Of a DNA stretch of 64,000 nucleotides, positions 28,727 to 37,895 are shown piece by piece (position 1 is the stretch's first letter; each line of letters begins with the position of its first letter). The notes under the pieces were generated by a model. It saw nothing but the letters and a program-made list of their open reading frames with translations. It had not been told where the DNA came from and searched no databases. Made by a program: the position numbers and the translations under genes. This stretch comes from an uncultured Candidatus Saccharibacteria bacterium (GTDB lineage: Bacteria; Patescibacteriota; Andersenbacteria; UBA10190), in NCBI GenBank assembly GCA_964371255.1, contig CAYJKV010000001.1:99140-163139 (forward strand), read 5' to 3'.

Positions 28727-29572
28727 CTAAGAACGCCATTGTTTGAGGACTTGGTCGTATACTTCTGGTGTAGACACATCAAACCACTGATCTTCGAATG
28801 GATAGCCAAACAAGCGGCCAGTGTTGGTTAGTTTAGGAAAGACATCTTTTTCTAACGACAGCGGGCGGGGTTGTTTTTTGATAAAGTCGAAGACGGAGTA
28901 ATCGAAGGCGGCGCATCCGGCGAAAACCAAACGTGAGGTATCGTCGGCGATGACAGGCTTCTCAGAGAATTCCACAATTCGGGAACCGCGTAATTTAACC
29001 GCACCAAAGGCTGATGGATCTACCACCGAAGTTAGGGCCAACGTGCCAACTGCCGCCTTATTAGCCAAATGGAACTGAAGGAACTCAGTCAGATCCAAAT
29101 TAAGCAACACGTCGCTGTAGAGCAAGAGGAAAGGGCTTGGTTCTAAGTGCGGTTGGGCAGCGAGCAGGGCACCGCCTGTCCCGGTTGGTTTGCGCTCTTT
29201 TACGTACGTAATATTGACGCCTAGCCTGGAACCGTCACCGAAATGATGCTCAATTTTATGGGCTAAGTGGCTGACTGTAATCAAGATGTTTTTAATACCA
29301 TGATTGCGCAGTAACGTAATGCCATATTCCAGCAGCGGTTTGCCGTTGACGGGGATTAAGGGTTTGGGAATTTCGTAGGTGAAAGGACGCATTTTGACAC
29401 CCTGGCCACTGGCTAAGATGACAGCCTGATGCGTGTCGATATGCAGGGCACGGCCTAGGACCACTTCGAGGGCGTGGGAACGGTTGCGGATGCGCTGATG
29501 ATCAATGGTGCGATCGAGCGAGTGCAGCAAGTCTTCCCGGATGGTGATGGTAATACGTTCGCGTTTGGGCAT
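28727..29572 (-). CDS. sugar-phosphate nucleotidyltransferase with N-terminal ribbon-helix-helix (CopG-like) domain
   Basis: Residues 1-45, MPKRERITITIREDLLHSLDRTI...SHALEVVLGRAL, fit an RHH fold. Residues 48-281 carry the NTP_transferase motifs AVILASGQGVKMRP...IPKPLIPVNGKPLLEY. Confidence 0.6.
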   Translation of the reverse strand: MPKRERITITIREDLLHSLDRTIDHQRIRNRSHALEVVLGRALHIDTHQAVILASGQGVKMRPFTYEIPKPLIPVNGKPLLEYGITLLRNHGIKNILITVSHLAHKIEHHFGDGSRLGVNITYVKERKPTGTGGALLAAQPHLEPSPFLLLYSDVLLNLDLTEFLQFHLANKAAVGTLALTSVVDPSAFGAVKLRGSRIVEFSEKPVIADDTSRLVFAGCAAFDYSVFDFIKKQPRPLSLEKDVFPKLTNTGRLFGYPFEDQWFDVSTPEVYDQVLKQWRS

Positions 29573-29852
29573 AAGAGATAAGAATAATCAATTTAGAATC
29601 GAAGCAAAGAAGCATTATCTTGTATCATATTATGACATATTTTGCCAGTAGGGGATGGTGAGTGGAATCTTTATCTGTCAGCGGGCGTTGACAAACAAAA
29701 ACCGTGAGGAGCGAGGCAGGAGGGAGGAGGTGGTAGCGGATAGGGTAGCTGGGTACTGTTTGGTGGAAATTAGTTAGGATGATAATAGTGGATTCCAGTA
29801 TGGCGATAAACTAACTCTGTTGTCGGAAGCACAAGCTGATATACTAAGAAGC

Positions 29853-30794
29853 ATGAATGAGGTTGTGTCATTGCCACCCGGGGTCGCCATTGCGATAATT
29901 GCCTTCTTACTGAGCTTGTTGCCAGCAGGGTTATTCATCTGGCTGTGGTATTTGCGACGAGTAGATAGACCGGTACCCAGCCGAACAGTAGCTATATCTT
30001 TCTTGATTGGTCTTTTACTTGTTTGGCCGGCTTTTAAGTTAGAAGCATGGGCGTCAGATGTTTGGTATGCGGTGTCACCAGCGACGGCGCATTATTTTGT
30101 AGGGGCGGTACTGCCGCTGCAGGGAATGGCTGATGTCTTTCTGCCGGCACTGGGCACTTTTGTTGTAGTAGCGACAGTGGAAGAAGGTTTGCGATTTTTG
30201 ATGTTGCTATTGTGGTACAGAAAAAGTCGGGATATTGATCAGGTGTTTGATGGTTTGGTGGTGGGCATAGCGGCCGGACTAGGTTTCGCGACGATGGAGA
30301 ACACGCTATATTTTTTAAATTTATTTACGCAAGGAAGTTTCGATACGCTGGTGTTTGTCTTTTTCCTGCGCTTTATGATTTCAACTTTGGCGCATATATC
30401 GTTCGCAGGTTTGATGGGGGTAATGCTCGCGCGTGGCATCTTTGCTATCTATAAAGTGCAAAAAAGACAGTGGATCATTTTGGCCTTGCTTGTGCCGTGG
30501 TTTTTGCATGGTTTGTATGATCTGTTATTGGGGCTGAATTTGACGATTTATGCCGTGCTGATGTTGTTGCCGTGCTTACTGATATTAGTCGCGTGGATAA
30601 ACCGCCGGGAATTTTTTGCGATAGCCAGACAGCACGGCAAAATATTGGTCAATCAGCGAGCACCGGAAACTCGCTCGATGATAGTGATGCGGAAATATTT
30701 CAAACAAACTGAATCACCCTGGAATATTTATGCTCCCTGGCTGCGCGAGAGGCGTTTGAGGTATACTATTCTTAAGGACTTGGAAAAGGACTAA
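29853..30794 (+). CDS. PrsW-family intramembrane protease
   Basis: EEGLRFL and GFATMENTLYF motifs, with multiple TMs. The track ORF starts with TTG at 29820; the first ATG is at 29853. Confidence 0.6.
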   Translation: MNEVVSLPPGVAIAIIAFLLSLLPAGLFIWLWYLRRVDRPVPSRTVAISFLIGLLLVWPAFKLEAWASDVWYAVSPATAHYFVGAVLPLQGMADVFLPALGTFVVVATVEEGLRFLMLLLWYRKSRDIDQVFDGLVVGIAAGLGFATMENTLYFLNLFTQGSFDTLVFVFFLRFMISTLAHISFAGLMGVMLARGIFAIYKVQKRQWIILALLVPWFLHGLYDLLLGLNLTIYAVLMLLPCLLILVAWINRREFFAIARQHGKILVNQRAPETRSMIVMRKYFKQTESPWNIYAPWLRERRLRYTILKDLEKD

Positions 30795-30796
30795 AT

Positions 30797-31240
30797 ATGA
30801 CTAGAGCACAGATAACGGTGGTGGTATTAATTGCGCTAGTATTACTAGTTGTTTTGGGTTTGGTTGCATCGCGCGTTGGAGGATCAGCAATTCGTACTTC
30901 CGGCCAGGTCCGGATTGGGCAGTTAGAGTTATCCAGTAATAAAATATTACCGGGTGCGCCGGTTACGGTTAGTTATGATTTGATTGAGCTGGACGCGGTG
31001 GATGATGCCTCAATGGTAATGGTTAGGACACCCACGGAAAGCATTGTGATTAGCGAGGTCAGCAGGGCGGAGCTAGGGAACGGTACGTTTATCGTGACTG
31101 TCCCCTGTGAAAAGTATGAAGCACTAGAGAAGAATAAAGCAGGCAGGTTCGTGTTGGTGCTAAACAAAGACCAGCGAGTGCTAGCGCAGAGTGAGCAGTT
31201 TACTTTATTGCCAGCCGGGCCGGAATGCATTTATAAGTAA
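30797..31240 (+). CDS. hypothetical single-pass membrane protein
   Basis: 147 aa with an N-terminal TM (ITVVVLIALVLLVVLGLVA). Confidence 0.35.
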   Translation: MTRAQITVVVLIALVLLVVLGLVASRVGGSAIRTSGQVRIGQLELSSNKILPGAPVTVSYDLIELDAVDDASMVMVRTPTESIVISEVSRAELGNGTFIVTVPCEKYEALEKNKAGRFVLVLNKDQRVLAQSEQFTLLPAGPECIYK

Positions 31241-31303
31241 CAGCCAGCGGATTAACCGAACTACCGCGTTGGCGGTATTTTTTTACGGATGTGATGGGTA
31301 ATA

Positions 31304-32248
31304 TTATGCGACGAGGTCGGGCAGTGACCGGAAGTAATCAATGGTTTTTGTCAGGCCAACGGTCAGGGGAGTGGTCGGATGCCAATTCAGTAATTGCTTG
31401 GCTTTAGTGATGTCCGGTTGGCGACGCTTTGGATCGTCTTGCGGGATTTCTTTATAGACTGGACTGACGGACGGGCCGATCAGGGCAATGACCTGGTCCG
31501 CTAATTCTTGCATGGTAACTTCCTCCGGATTGCCAATGTTAACTGGCCCGGTTTCCTGGTCTTGATTCATCATCCGGATCAGGCCCTCGACATTATCATC
31601 GACATAACAGAAGGAGCGGGTGTGTGAGCCATCGCCATAAATGGTAATGGGTTGCCGGCGCAGAGCTTGGAGAATAAAATTACTGACTACTCGACCGTCG
31701 TCCGGATGCATGCGGGGACCGTAAGTATTAAAAATGCGCACCAGGCGGAGGCTTAAGTTATGTTCACGGTGATAATCCATGCAAAGGGTTTCGGCCACGC
31801 GTTTTCCTTCGTCGTAGCAAGCGCGCGGGCCGAGGCAGTTGACGGATCCTTTGTAGCTTTCCGGTTGGGGATGAACTTCGGGATCGCCATAAACCTCCGA
31901 GGTTGAGGCTTGTAGAATACGAGCTTGCTTGGCTTTCGCGAGGCCAAGCATGTTGATCACCCCTTTGGTGTTGGCTTTAACGGTACGGATAGGATCTTGC
32001 TGGTAGTGAACGGGGGAGGCAGGACAGGCCAGATTATATATCTGATCAATTGGCTGATCTAAATAAAGCGGATCGATAATGTCGTGCTCAAGCAGTGTGA
32101 ACTTTTTATTGGTTAATAAATGCTCAATGTTGCGGTGCTGGCCAGTAAAAAAATTATCAAGACAGATAACCGTGTGGCCGTCGGCCAACAGACGTTCGCT
32201 AAGATGGCTGCCGATGAAGCCTGCCCCGCCGGTAATTAGAATAACCAT
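31304..32248 (-). CDS. UDP-glucuronate decarboxylase (UDP-xylose synthase)-like NAD-dependent dehydratase
   Basis: [14 protein letters not shown] Rossmann motif and the DNFFTG motif characteristic of UXS, plus a YxxxK catalytic region. 314 aa. Confidence 0.75.
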   Translation of the reverse strand: MVILITGGAGFIGSHLSERLLADGHTVICLDNFFTGQHRNIEHLLTNKKFTLLEHDIIDPLYLDQPIDQIYNLACPASPVHYQQDPIRTVKANTKGVINMLGLAKAKQARILQASTSEVYGDPEVHPQPESYKGSVNCLGPRACYDEGKRVAETLCMDYHREHNLSLRLVRIFNTYGPRMHPDDGRVVSNFILQALRRQPITIYGDGSHTRSFCYVDDNVEGLIRMMNQDQETGPVNIGNPEEVTMQELADQVIALIGPSVSPVYKEIPQDDPKRRQPDITKAKQLLNWHPTTPLTVGLTKTIDYFRSLPDLVA

Positions 32249-32446
32249 ATGCTTTTATAAACATAAGACGGATAAAGGAAAGAGTAAAACGGGTTTAATG
32301 CGCAATGGCCAAGGTCCAAGCAAGACCTCAGCGGTATGGTTAACAACCTATGGCGGCAAGAGAGCAGCGGCAATAACACTAACGAAACATTAAAATATAA
32401 CTTACAAAAAACAGTCCCAGGACTGCTCGTCAAGACGTTTTTTGTG

Positions 32447-32803
32447 TTACGCTTTGCTTTTTTGCACTTGTTCGACGATAGCTTGGAAAGTCTCAGGGTA
32501 ACTGATGGCTATTTCGGAAAGGACTTTGCGATCCAGCTCGACGTTGGTGGCGCGCAGCTGATGGATCAGTCTAGAGTAGGTGGTGCCATGCAATCGAGCG
32601 GCAGCATTGATATCGGTTTGCCACTCTTGCCTTTTCACAGCTTTCTTTTTACGGCGATCAAAGTAAGCGTGCTGGCCGGCTTTCAAGACAGCTTCCTTGG
32701 CTAACTTAAATACTTTACTGCGTCGCCCGCGGTAACCTTTGGCGCGCTTGAGCCACTTATGATGGCGAGCTTTAGTCTGGGGACTGTTGCTGGTGCGTGA
32801 CAT
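32447..32803 (-). CDS. rplT: 50S ribosomal protein L20
   Basis: 118 aa. KRAKGYRGRRSKVFKLAKEAVLKAGQHAYFDRRKKK is typical L20. Confidence 0.9.
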   Translation of the reverse strand: MSRTSNSPQTKARHHKWLKRAKGYRGRRSKVFKLAKEAVLKAGQHAYFDRRKKKAVKRQEWQTDINAAARLHGTTYSRLIHQLRATNVELDRKVLSEIAISYPETFQAIVEQVQKSKA

Positions 32804-32832
32804 ATGGGTATAAAAGATTAATTGGACTTATC

Positions 32833-33027
32833 TTACTGGTAAGGCAATAGATCGTGCAAGTTTGCTTTATCGGCTGACTTAACCAGGCGCCCAGAATGTT
32901 TGCGGCGTGTTTCATCACCAGTGTTCTTGGCATTAAAATGAGATTGGTTAATCGTCTGGTGTTTAGCTTTTCCCCGTGAGGAAAAACTGAATCTTTTATT
33001 GGCAGCGCGGTTGGTTTTTTGCTTCAT
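32833..33027 (-). CDS. rpmI: 50S ribosomal protein L35
   Basis: 64 aa, basic. MKQKTNRAANKRFSFSSRGKAKH. Position between infC and rplT. Confidence 0.85.
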   Translation of the reverse strand: MKQKTNRAANKRFSFSSRGKAKHQTINQSHFNAKNTGDETRRKHSGRLVKSADKANLHDLLPYQ

Positions 33028-33092
33028 AAAATAGGGAGAAAACAGGAAATTAACAGATAAAGAGGCGGAAAATGTATGATAGGGGATAAATA

Positions 33093-33638
33093 CTAACGTG
33101 TCAACAGGGCAGATAAACCGCGAGGCGAGCGTCCAACCCGGCCCTCGATTTTTGCTCCACCGGGCACGGCGACGACAAAATCATGCAGCTTTTGTTCGGC
33201 CATCCGCTCGCGGCTTCGTTCACGGCCGCGAAGGCGTATTTCCAGTTTAACTTTATTGCCTTCTGCCAAAAAGCGGTCAGCCTGAGTGAGGCGAAGGTTC
33301 CAATCATGCTCACCAATCTTGAAACCAATGCGTACGCCTTTAATGTTGCCGGTCTTACTGATTTTCTTTTGTTTGGCTTGTTTCTTACTCTTTTCGTACA
33401 TGTGCTTGCCAACATCCATAAGTCGGGCGACGGGTGGATCGGTTTTTTCGGCGACGACAACCAAGTCTGTCCCCGCTTCCTCCGCTTTCGCGCGAGCTTC
33501 GCTGGTGGGCATGACGCCCAATTGCTCACTGTCGACGCCGATCAGGCGTACTTGAGAAGCAAAAATTTCCTCGTTGGTGGGAGGTTTTTTAACCTGCGGC
33601 TTGGGCCTGGAACGAAAACGGCGGCGACGAGATGACAT
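33093..33638 (-). CDS. infC: translation initiation factor IF-3
   Basis: EIFASQVRLIGVDSEQLGVMPTSEARAKAEEAGTDLVVV...KGVRIGFKIGEHDW. Canonical infC-rpmI-rplT order on the minus strand. Confidence 0.9.
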   Translation of the reverse strand: MSSRRRRFRSRPKPQVKKPPTNEEIFASQVRLIGVDSEQLGVMPTSEARAKAEEAGTDLVVVAEKTDPPVARLMDVGKHMYEKSKKQAKQKKISKTGNIKGVRIGFKIGEHDWNLRLTQADRFLAEGNKVKLEIRLRGRERSRERMAEQKLHDFVVAVPGGAKIEGRVGRSPRGLSALLTR

Positions 33639-33980
33639 AGTGGAATAATTTCAAAATCCAAATGACAAATGTCAAAAGGAGATAAGTATAACTTAAATTT
33701 TAGAGTGATGCGGTTTTGCGCATCTGGGGGGTATATTAGAGGTTATTTTCGCATTTGGCAATATGAGGATGAATAGCTACTTAGGAATACCTTATCTGTG
33801 AATGGTTTCTGAGTGTGTTTATGAGGTATTGGTTGGTAACTAAATGTCCAATGACCAATAACCTAAAAGTCAAAGCTCAATTGATCCTCCTTTTTCGAGA
33901 AACATAAATGATCATAAAACAGTTTTTACTATCGAGGGTCGGTATTTTTTTAGTAGGGGAGGGATGCTATTGTTAAATCT

Positions 33981-34427
33981 ATGAAAACAGTTGTTAACAA
34001 AAGGGCAAGGTTTGATTATGAGTTGATTGAAAAATACGAAGGAGGGCTTGTTTTGTTGGGTACTGAAGTAAAGTCGGTGAAGGCGGGGAATATCAGTCTC
34101 AAAGGATCCTTTGTGACTTTTCATGGTGATGAACCATATCTAACAAACGCGACTATTCCGCCATGGCAGGTGATTAACGCGCCGGCCGATTATGACCCAG
34201 AACGGTCTCGAAAGATATTGCTTACCAAAGCGGAAATAAAAGAGTTGATAGGAGCGAAACAGACAAGGGGGTTGACAATAGTGCCTGTGCGTGTCTATAC
34301 TAAAGGACCTCGAGTAAAAATTGAGATAGCGTTGGCTAAGGGAAAGCAAATGGTGGATAAGAAGAAGGAAAAGAAGGAGAAAGATATTGCCCGGGAAACG
34401 CAAAGGTTTTTAAGAGGGAAAGAATGA
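33981..34427 (+). CDS. smpB: SsrA-binding protein
   Basis: 148 aa. RARFDYELIEKYEGGLVLLGTEVKSVKAGNISLKGSFV is a typical SmpB core, with a basic C-terminal tail. Confidence 0.9.
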   Translation: MKTVVNKRARFDYELIEKYEGGLVLLGTEVKSVKAGNISLKGSFVTFHGDEPYLTNATIPPWQVINAPADYDPERSRKILLTKAEIKELIGAKQTRGLTIVPVRVYTKGPRVKIEIALAKGKQMVDKKKEKKEKDIARETQRFLRGKE

Positions 34428-34648
34428 AATGTCCAATGACCAATTCCCAATGTCCAATCAATGACCAAATCCCAAAGATAATAGACACAAATTAATATCA
34501 AAATATAAACAGAAAATCTAAGGTGTTGTTTGTTGAATTTATAATTTGTTAGGATTTCGTGAAGAAGGGAGAGGTTGAGAGTAGTTAGTCTGACCGGCGC
34601 TGTAGTTTGCTAACGATGAGGGGCATGCCCTGTCGTTCGCGAACGACA

Positions 34649-35039
34649 GGGCATGTTAGGCTTCGATGGAATGTTGTTTGTTCAATTAGCGTGTAGTGAG
34701 GGGTGAATGACTCACTCAAATCAATTGTTCACAAAGTTACGTGCAAACTTATTTAGTCGCGTGAAGGCAGCTTTTGCTCCTTCATTTGCGCCAGCTTTCG
34801 CTTAATACCGAAAGCCATCGTGTTAGATCAGCCGTTGGATCTTCTCACGGTGTCAACCTAAACGGCTATATATATTGAGAATTGAGAGGCTTAATATACA
34901 AACTGCACTAAATCTCACACTGTCTGGAATACTTGGCTGGTCTGCTGGTTCCAGGTAGTGTAAAAAAATTAGTCCAGCTACACACGTAGAAAATTGGATA
35001 ATATCGTTTCAGACGGCGGTTCAATTCCGCCCATGTCCA
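34649..35039 (+). ncRNA. ssrA: tmRNA (transfer-messenger RNA)
   Basis: The 5' end GGGCAUGUUAGGCUUCGAUGG matches the tmRNA 5' consensus. The 3' end GACGGCGGUUCAAUUCCGCCCAUGUCCA has a T-arm plus acceptor strand that pairs with the 5' GGGCAUG, including a G-U at position 3 as in E. coli. CCA is not encoded. It lies immediately downstream of smpB. The candidate tag ORF at 34767-34805 encodes AAFAPSFAPAFA, ending in AFA as in some known tags. Confidence 0.75.
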
Positions 35040-35173
35040 CTGATATGAGGGAAGGGAGGTATCCCTTCCCTCATCGAAAAATTGCCTGGCAATTTTCCTG
35101 CTCCTATTCCACAAGGTGTCCTCAGTTTCCGGCGGAGCCGGAAATTCGGATTTAATTAAAATGTACTTGACCC
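35031..35173. repeat. repeat R1: ssrA 3'-end plus ~130-bp downstream unit with three palindromes
   Basis: Begins CCATGTCCACTGATATGAGGGAAGGGAGGTATCCCTTCCCTCA, then AAAATTGCCTGGCAATTTT, then TTCCGGCGGAGCCGGAA, then a T-rich run ending ATGTACTTGACCC. Copy 1 overlaps the true tmRNA 3' end. Confidence 0.85.
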
Positions 35174-35283
35174 TCTTTTTATTGACCCCCTTTTTACCAC
35201 ACCGTTGACATAATGAAAATAAAATTATACTTTAGGCAGTCCAGTTAAGACTGTTATTTCAACTTACAATAAAGGAATGGGCA

Positions 35284-36051
35284 ATGAATCCATACATCGG
35301 TATTACCGACTTCATGGACTTCGGACAAGTTCAGGAAATGTCGCAAGGGTTTGCCGCTCATCAACCGCTAGGATCAAACCGGATGTTACATGTGGGTGTG
35401 ATGATGAGCTACAAGACGCTTCATGGCATCCTGAGCAAGTGGCAAGATGTTTTCCCTTTGAAGGAACGGATTGCTAGCATCTTTTCCTCTAGCAAGGTGT
35501 ACAACTGTTTGCACTACGCGGACTACGACAACAATCCCGATCTCGGGAAAAGTCTTGCAACCGCGGTCTCTTATGGTGGCATTGGCATGCATGCCCTTCA
35601 ACTCGACATGACCTGGCCGGATCGGAATGAGATCGCAAAAGGAGTTCACACTTCGTGTAAGCAGATCGAAGTTATTCTCCAGATTGGCAAGAATGCACTG
35701 GAAGAAGTCGGCAACGATCCGCAAAGAGTTGTTGAGCGTCTAGGTGAGTATGAAGGCGTGGTCCAACGCGTATTGCTAGACAAGAGTATGGGGAGGGGGC
35801 TCGGCATGGACGCTGCTAATCTCATCTCGTTTGTGCGAGCAATTAGGAAAAGTTTTCCAACGCTCGGAATTGGAGTTGCTGGTGGTCTCGGACCGGAAAC
35901 GATTCAGTTGGTCGAATCGCTTGTCGCAGTGTTTCCGGATTTGAGCATTGATGCTCAAGGAAAACTTCGTCCGAGCGGGAACGCTCTCGATCCGATTGAT
36001 TGGGACATGGCTCGAACTTACCTTATTAAAGCCCATCAGCTTTTTGCCTGA
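35284..36051 (+). CDS. TrpF (phosphoribosylanthranilate isomerase)-like TIM-barrel protein
   Basis: N-terminal YIGITD and C-terminal VAGGLGPE...DLSIDAQGKLRPSG...KDxxxxxF echo TrpF motifs. No other trp genes are nearby. It lies between repeats R1 and R2. Confidence 0.45.
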   Translation: MNPYIGITDFMDFGQVQEMSQGFAAHQPLGSNRMLHVGVMMSYKTLHGILSKWQDVFPLKERIASIFSSSKVYNCLHYADYDNNPDLGKSLATAVSYGGIGMHALQLDMTWPDRNEIAKGVHTSCKQIEVILQIGKNALEEVGNDPQRVVERLGEYEGVVQRVLLDKSMGRGLGMDAANLISFVRAIRKSFPTLGIGVAGGLGPETIQLVESLVAVFPDLSIDAQGKLRPSGNALDPIDWDMARTYLIKAHQLFA

Positions 36052-36155
36052 TGACAATCTTGCAGCTCTCGCTCTTTGTAGTGAGAGCTTTTTTTGCTTA
36101 ATTTAGTAACACAAACAAACGAAATAACTCCGTCCGCAAAGTGTTCCAACCGTTT

Positions 36156-36289
36156 CCGCCCATGTCCACTGATATGAGGGAAGGGAGGTATCCCCTCCCT
36201 CATCGAAAAATTGCCTGGCAATTTTCCTGCTCCTATTCCACAAGGTGTCCTCAGTTTCCGGCGGAGCCGGAAATTCGGATTTAGTTAAA
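36156..36289. repeat. repeat R2 (copy of R1 including TTCCGCCCATGTCCAC ssrA 3'-end segment)
   Basis: About 95% identical to R1 over ~125 bp. It shares 16 nt of the tmRNA 3' end and diverges in the last ~15 bp. Confidence 0.85.
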
Positions 36290-36321
36290 TTTCAAACATC
36301 GGGTGTTTGAATTTTCTAACT

Positions 36322-36948
36322 CTAGTTTGGATTGTTTGGCTCGTTTTTGATTGAAATAGTAGGAGACGCACCTCTAACTTTAATACCCCCTTTGTTTGGC
36401 CGCTCAAACATGGCAAATTCCCTTAGTCTCTTTTGATTAAGTTCCTTCGACATTCTTATATTATCCTGGGCAAGACGTTCTGCTAAATTAACGGCTCTAT
36501 CAGCTAAGGCGCCTGTTCGCACGTTCTCGCTTTTTAAAGATTGGGTTAAGTCGGAAATATATTGATTCATTGTCTCTCGTGATTTTTCCGCCTCCCTATC
36601 CAGTCTGACTTTTTCCTCAATTACTTCAGTAACGGGGCGAAGTCCTCCCTTAATCCCAAAAAAATTAAATCCATCGAGTGAAAAGAGCAGATAAGCAAAA
36701 ACCCGTTTAAAATAAAGGAGTCCAAACAATGCCACTAATGGCCAGGGTAGTTTTTCCAGGACGGGAGCTGACTTTTCAATCAGTTGTAATAAGCGATTGA
36801 ATTGAACTTCAGAGAAAACATCAATGCTCGCATAGATACCAGCGCCAATTGTTCCCACGAAAAGGAGGAGCCCTAAAGTTATATCAATTCTTAAACTGAT
36901 ATTTTTTAATATTCCGATAATTTCTTTTATTCCTATCCTCCGAAACAT
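36322..36948 (-). CDS. hypothetical membrane protein
   Basis: 208 aa with 2-3 TMs at the N-terminus and a charged coiled-coil C-terminus. Flanked by the TTCAAACATCGGGTGTTTGAA hairpin repeats. Confidence 0.4.
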   Translation of the reverse strand: MFRRIGIKEIIGILKNISLRIDITLGLLLFVGTIGAGIYASIDVFSEVQFNRLLQLIEKSAPVLEKLPWPLVALFGLLYFKRVFAYLLFSLDGFNFFGIKGGLRPVTEVIEEKVRLDREAEKSRETMNQYISDLTQSLKSENVRTGALADRAVNLAERLAQDNIRMSKELNQKRLREFAMFERPNKGGIKVRGASPTISIKNEPNNPN

Positions 36949-37384
36949 ACCGTGATTATCTCTCTGTAGTCCTAGAAGTCAATTAGACGTGAGGCTGTAA
37001 ATATTGCGTCTTCATGAAATTCAAACACCCGACATTTGAAAAGCCATGACCAGGCCGATAAGGGCGATATCTGGCCTATCGGTATAATAATTGAGATTCA
37101 AGCAATATTTACATATCTGCATGTGTGCCGTAGAGCAGATGGTGCCAGGACTATTGCTGATACATTACACTTACTATTAGATTATGAGGGCTAGAAGCCG
37201 TATTGTGGTTATTCAAACATCGGGTGTTTGAATTTTTAATTTTTGGAATGCTGTTTTTTTTCAAAACAGACCAAATAAACCCCTTCGCATAGTCTGGCAT
37301 TGATTTTGCCACTAAATAGCCTCATTATACAGAACAGACGTTCTTTTTGGTTGGGGTACCTTACATTTCTAATTTTATGAAGGG

Positions 37385-37582
37385 ATGGGTCACATGGCTC
37401 AGTTTGATGATCTTGAGCTAAACAGAGCCGCAGAAGAGGTACACGCGGCTGCGCAGGCTGGCAGAGACGGTTATAGTGATGCTGCCACGCGCTGGCTAGA
37501 CGAGACAACGGATGCGGCCAAGCAAGCCATCAATGACAGAGTTGTCGAAAAGTACGGGGAGGAACATCGGCGCAAGTTTTAG
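37385..37582 (+). CDS. small conserved hypothetical protein (paralog A)
   Basis: 65 aa, with its own RBS (GAAGGGA) and a terminator hairpin after the stop. Its C-terminus AINDRVVEKYGEEHRRKF parallels the 41380 ORF. Confidence 0.5.
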   Translation: MGHMAQFDDLELNRAAEEVHAAAQAGRDGYSDAATRWLDETTDAAKQAINDRVVEKYGEEHRRKF

Positions 37583-37726
37583 TGTGCTAGAAGGCAAGCG
37601 AAGCATATCGACGAGCGCACAGTTCTTAGATAGCGACATCGAACAGATCCAAGACAACCGCCGTGGGTAACTGCAGCGGTTTTTTAAAATCGCTCTTGTA
37701 ATACAAGTAAACCAAACAACTTTTTT

Positions 37727-37895
37727 CGCAAAGTGTTCCAACTCGATCTCACCATGTCCACTGATATGAGGGAAGGGAGGTATCCCTTCCCTCATCGAAA
37801 AATTGCCTGGCAATTTTCCTGCTCCTATTCCACAAGGTGTCCTCAGTTTCCGGCGGAGCCGGAAATTCGGATTTAATTAAAATGTACTTGACCCC
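37727..37895. repeat. repeat R3 (third copy, contains CCATGTCCAC ssrA 3'-end segment)
   Basis: Near-identical to R1, including the tail ATGTACTTGACCC. It shares the upstream CGCAAAGTGTTCCAAC with R2. It is followed by a C7-T4-C9-T8 homopolymer tract. Confidence 0.85.

Noticed and set aside
35031-37895. Integron-like attC cassette array interpretation of the R1-R3 repeats
   Set aside because: No IntI-type integrase or attI/Pc region is nearby, and the repeats start with the ssrA 3' end. They are better explained as ssrA-targeted integration scars or a repeat-bounded island.
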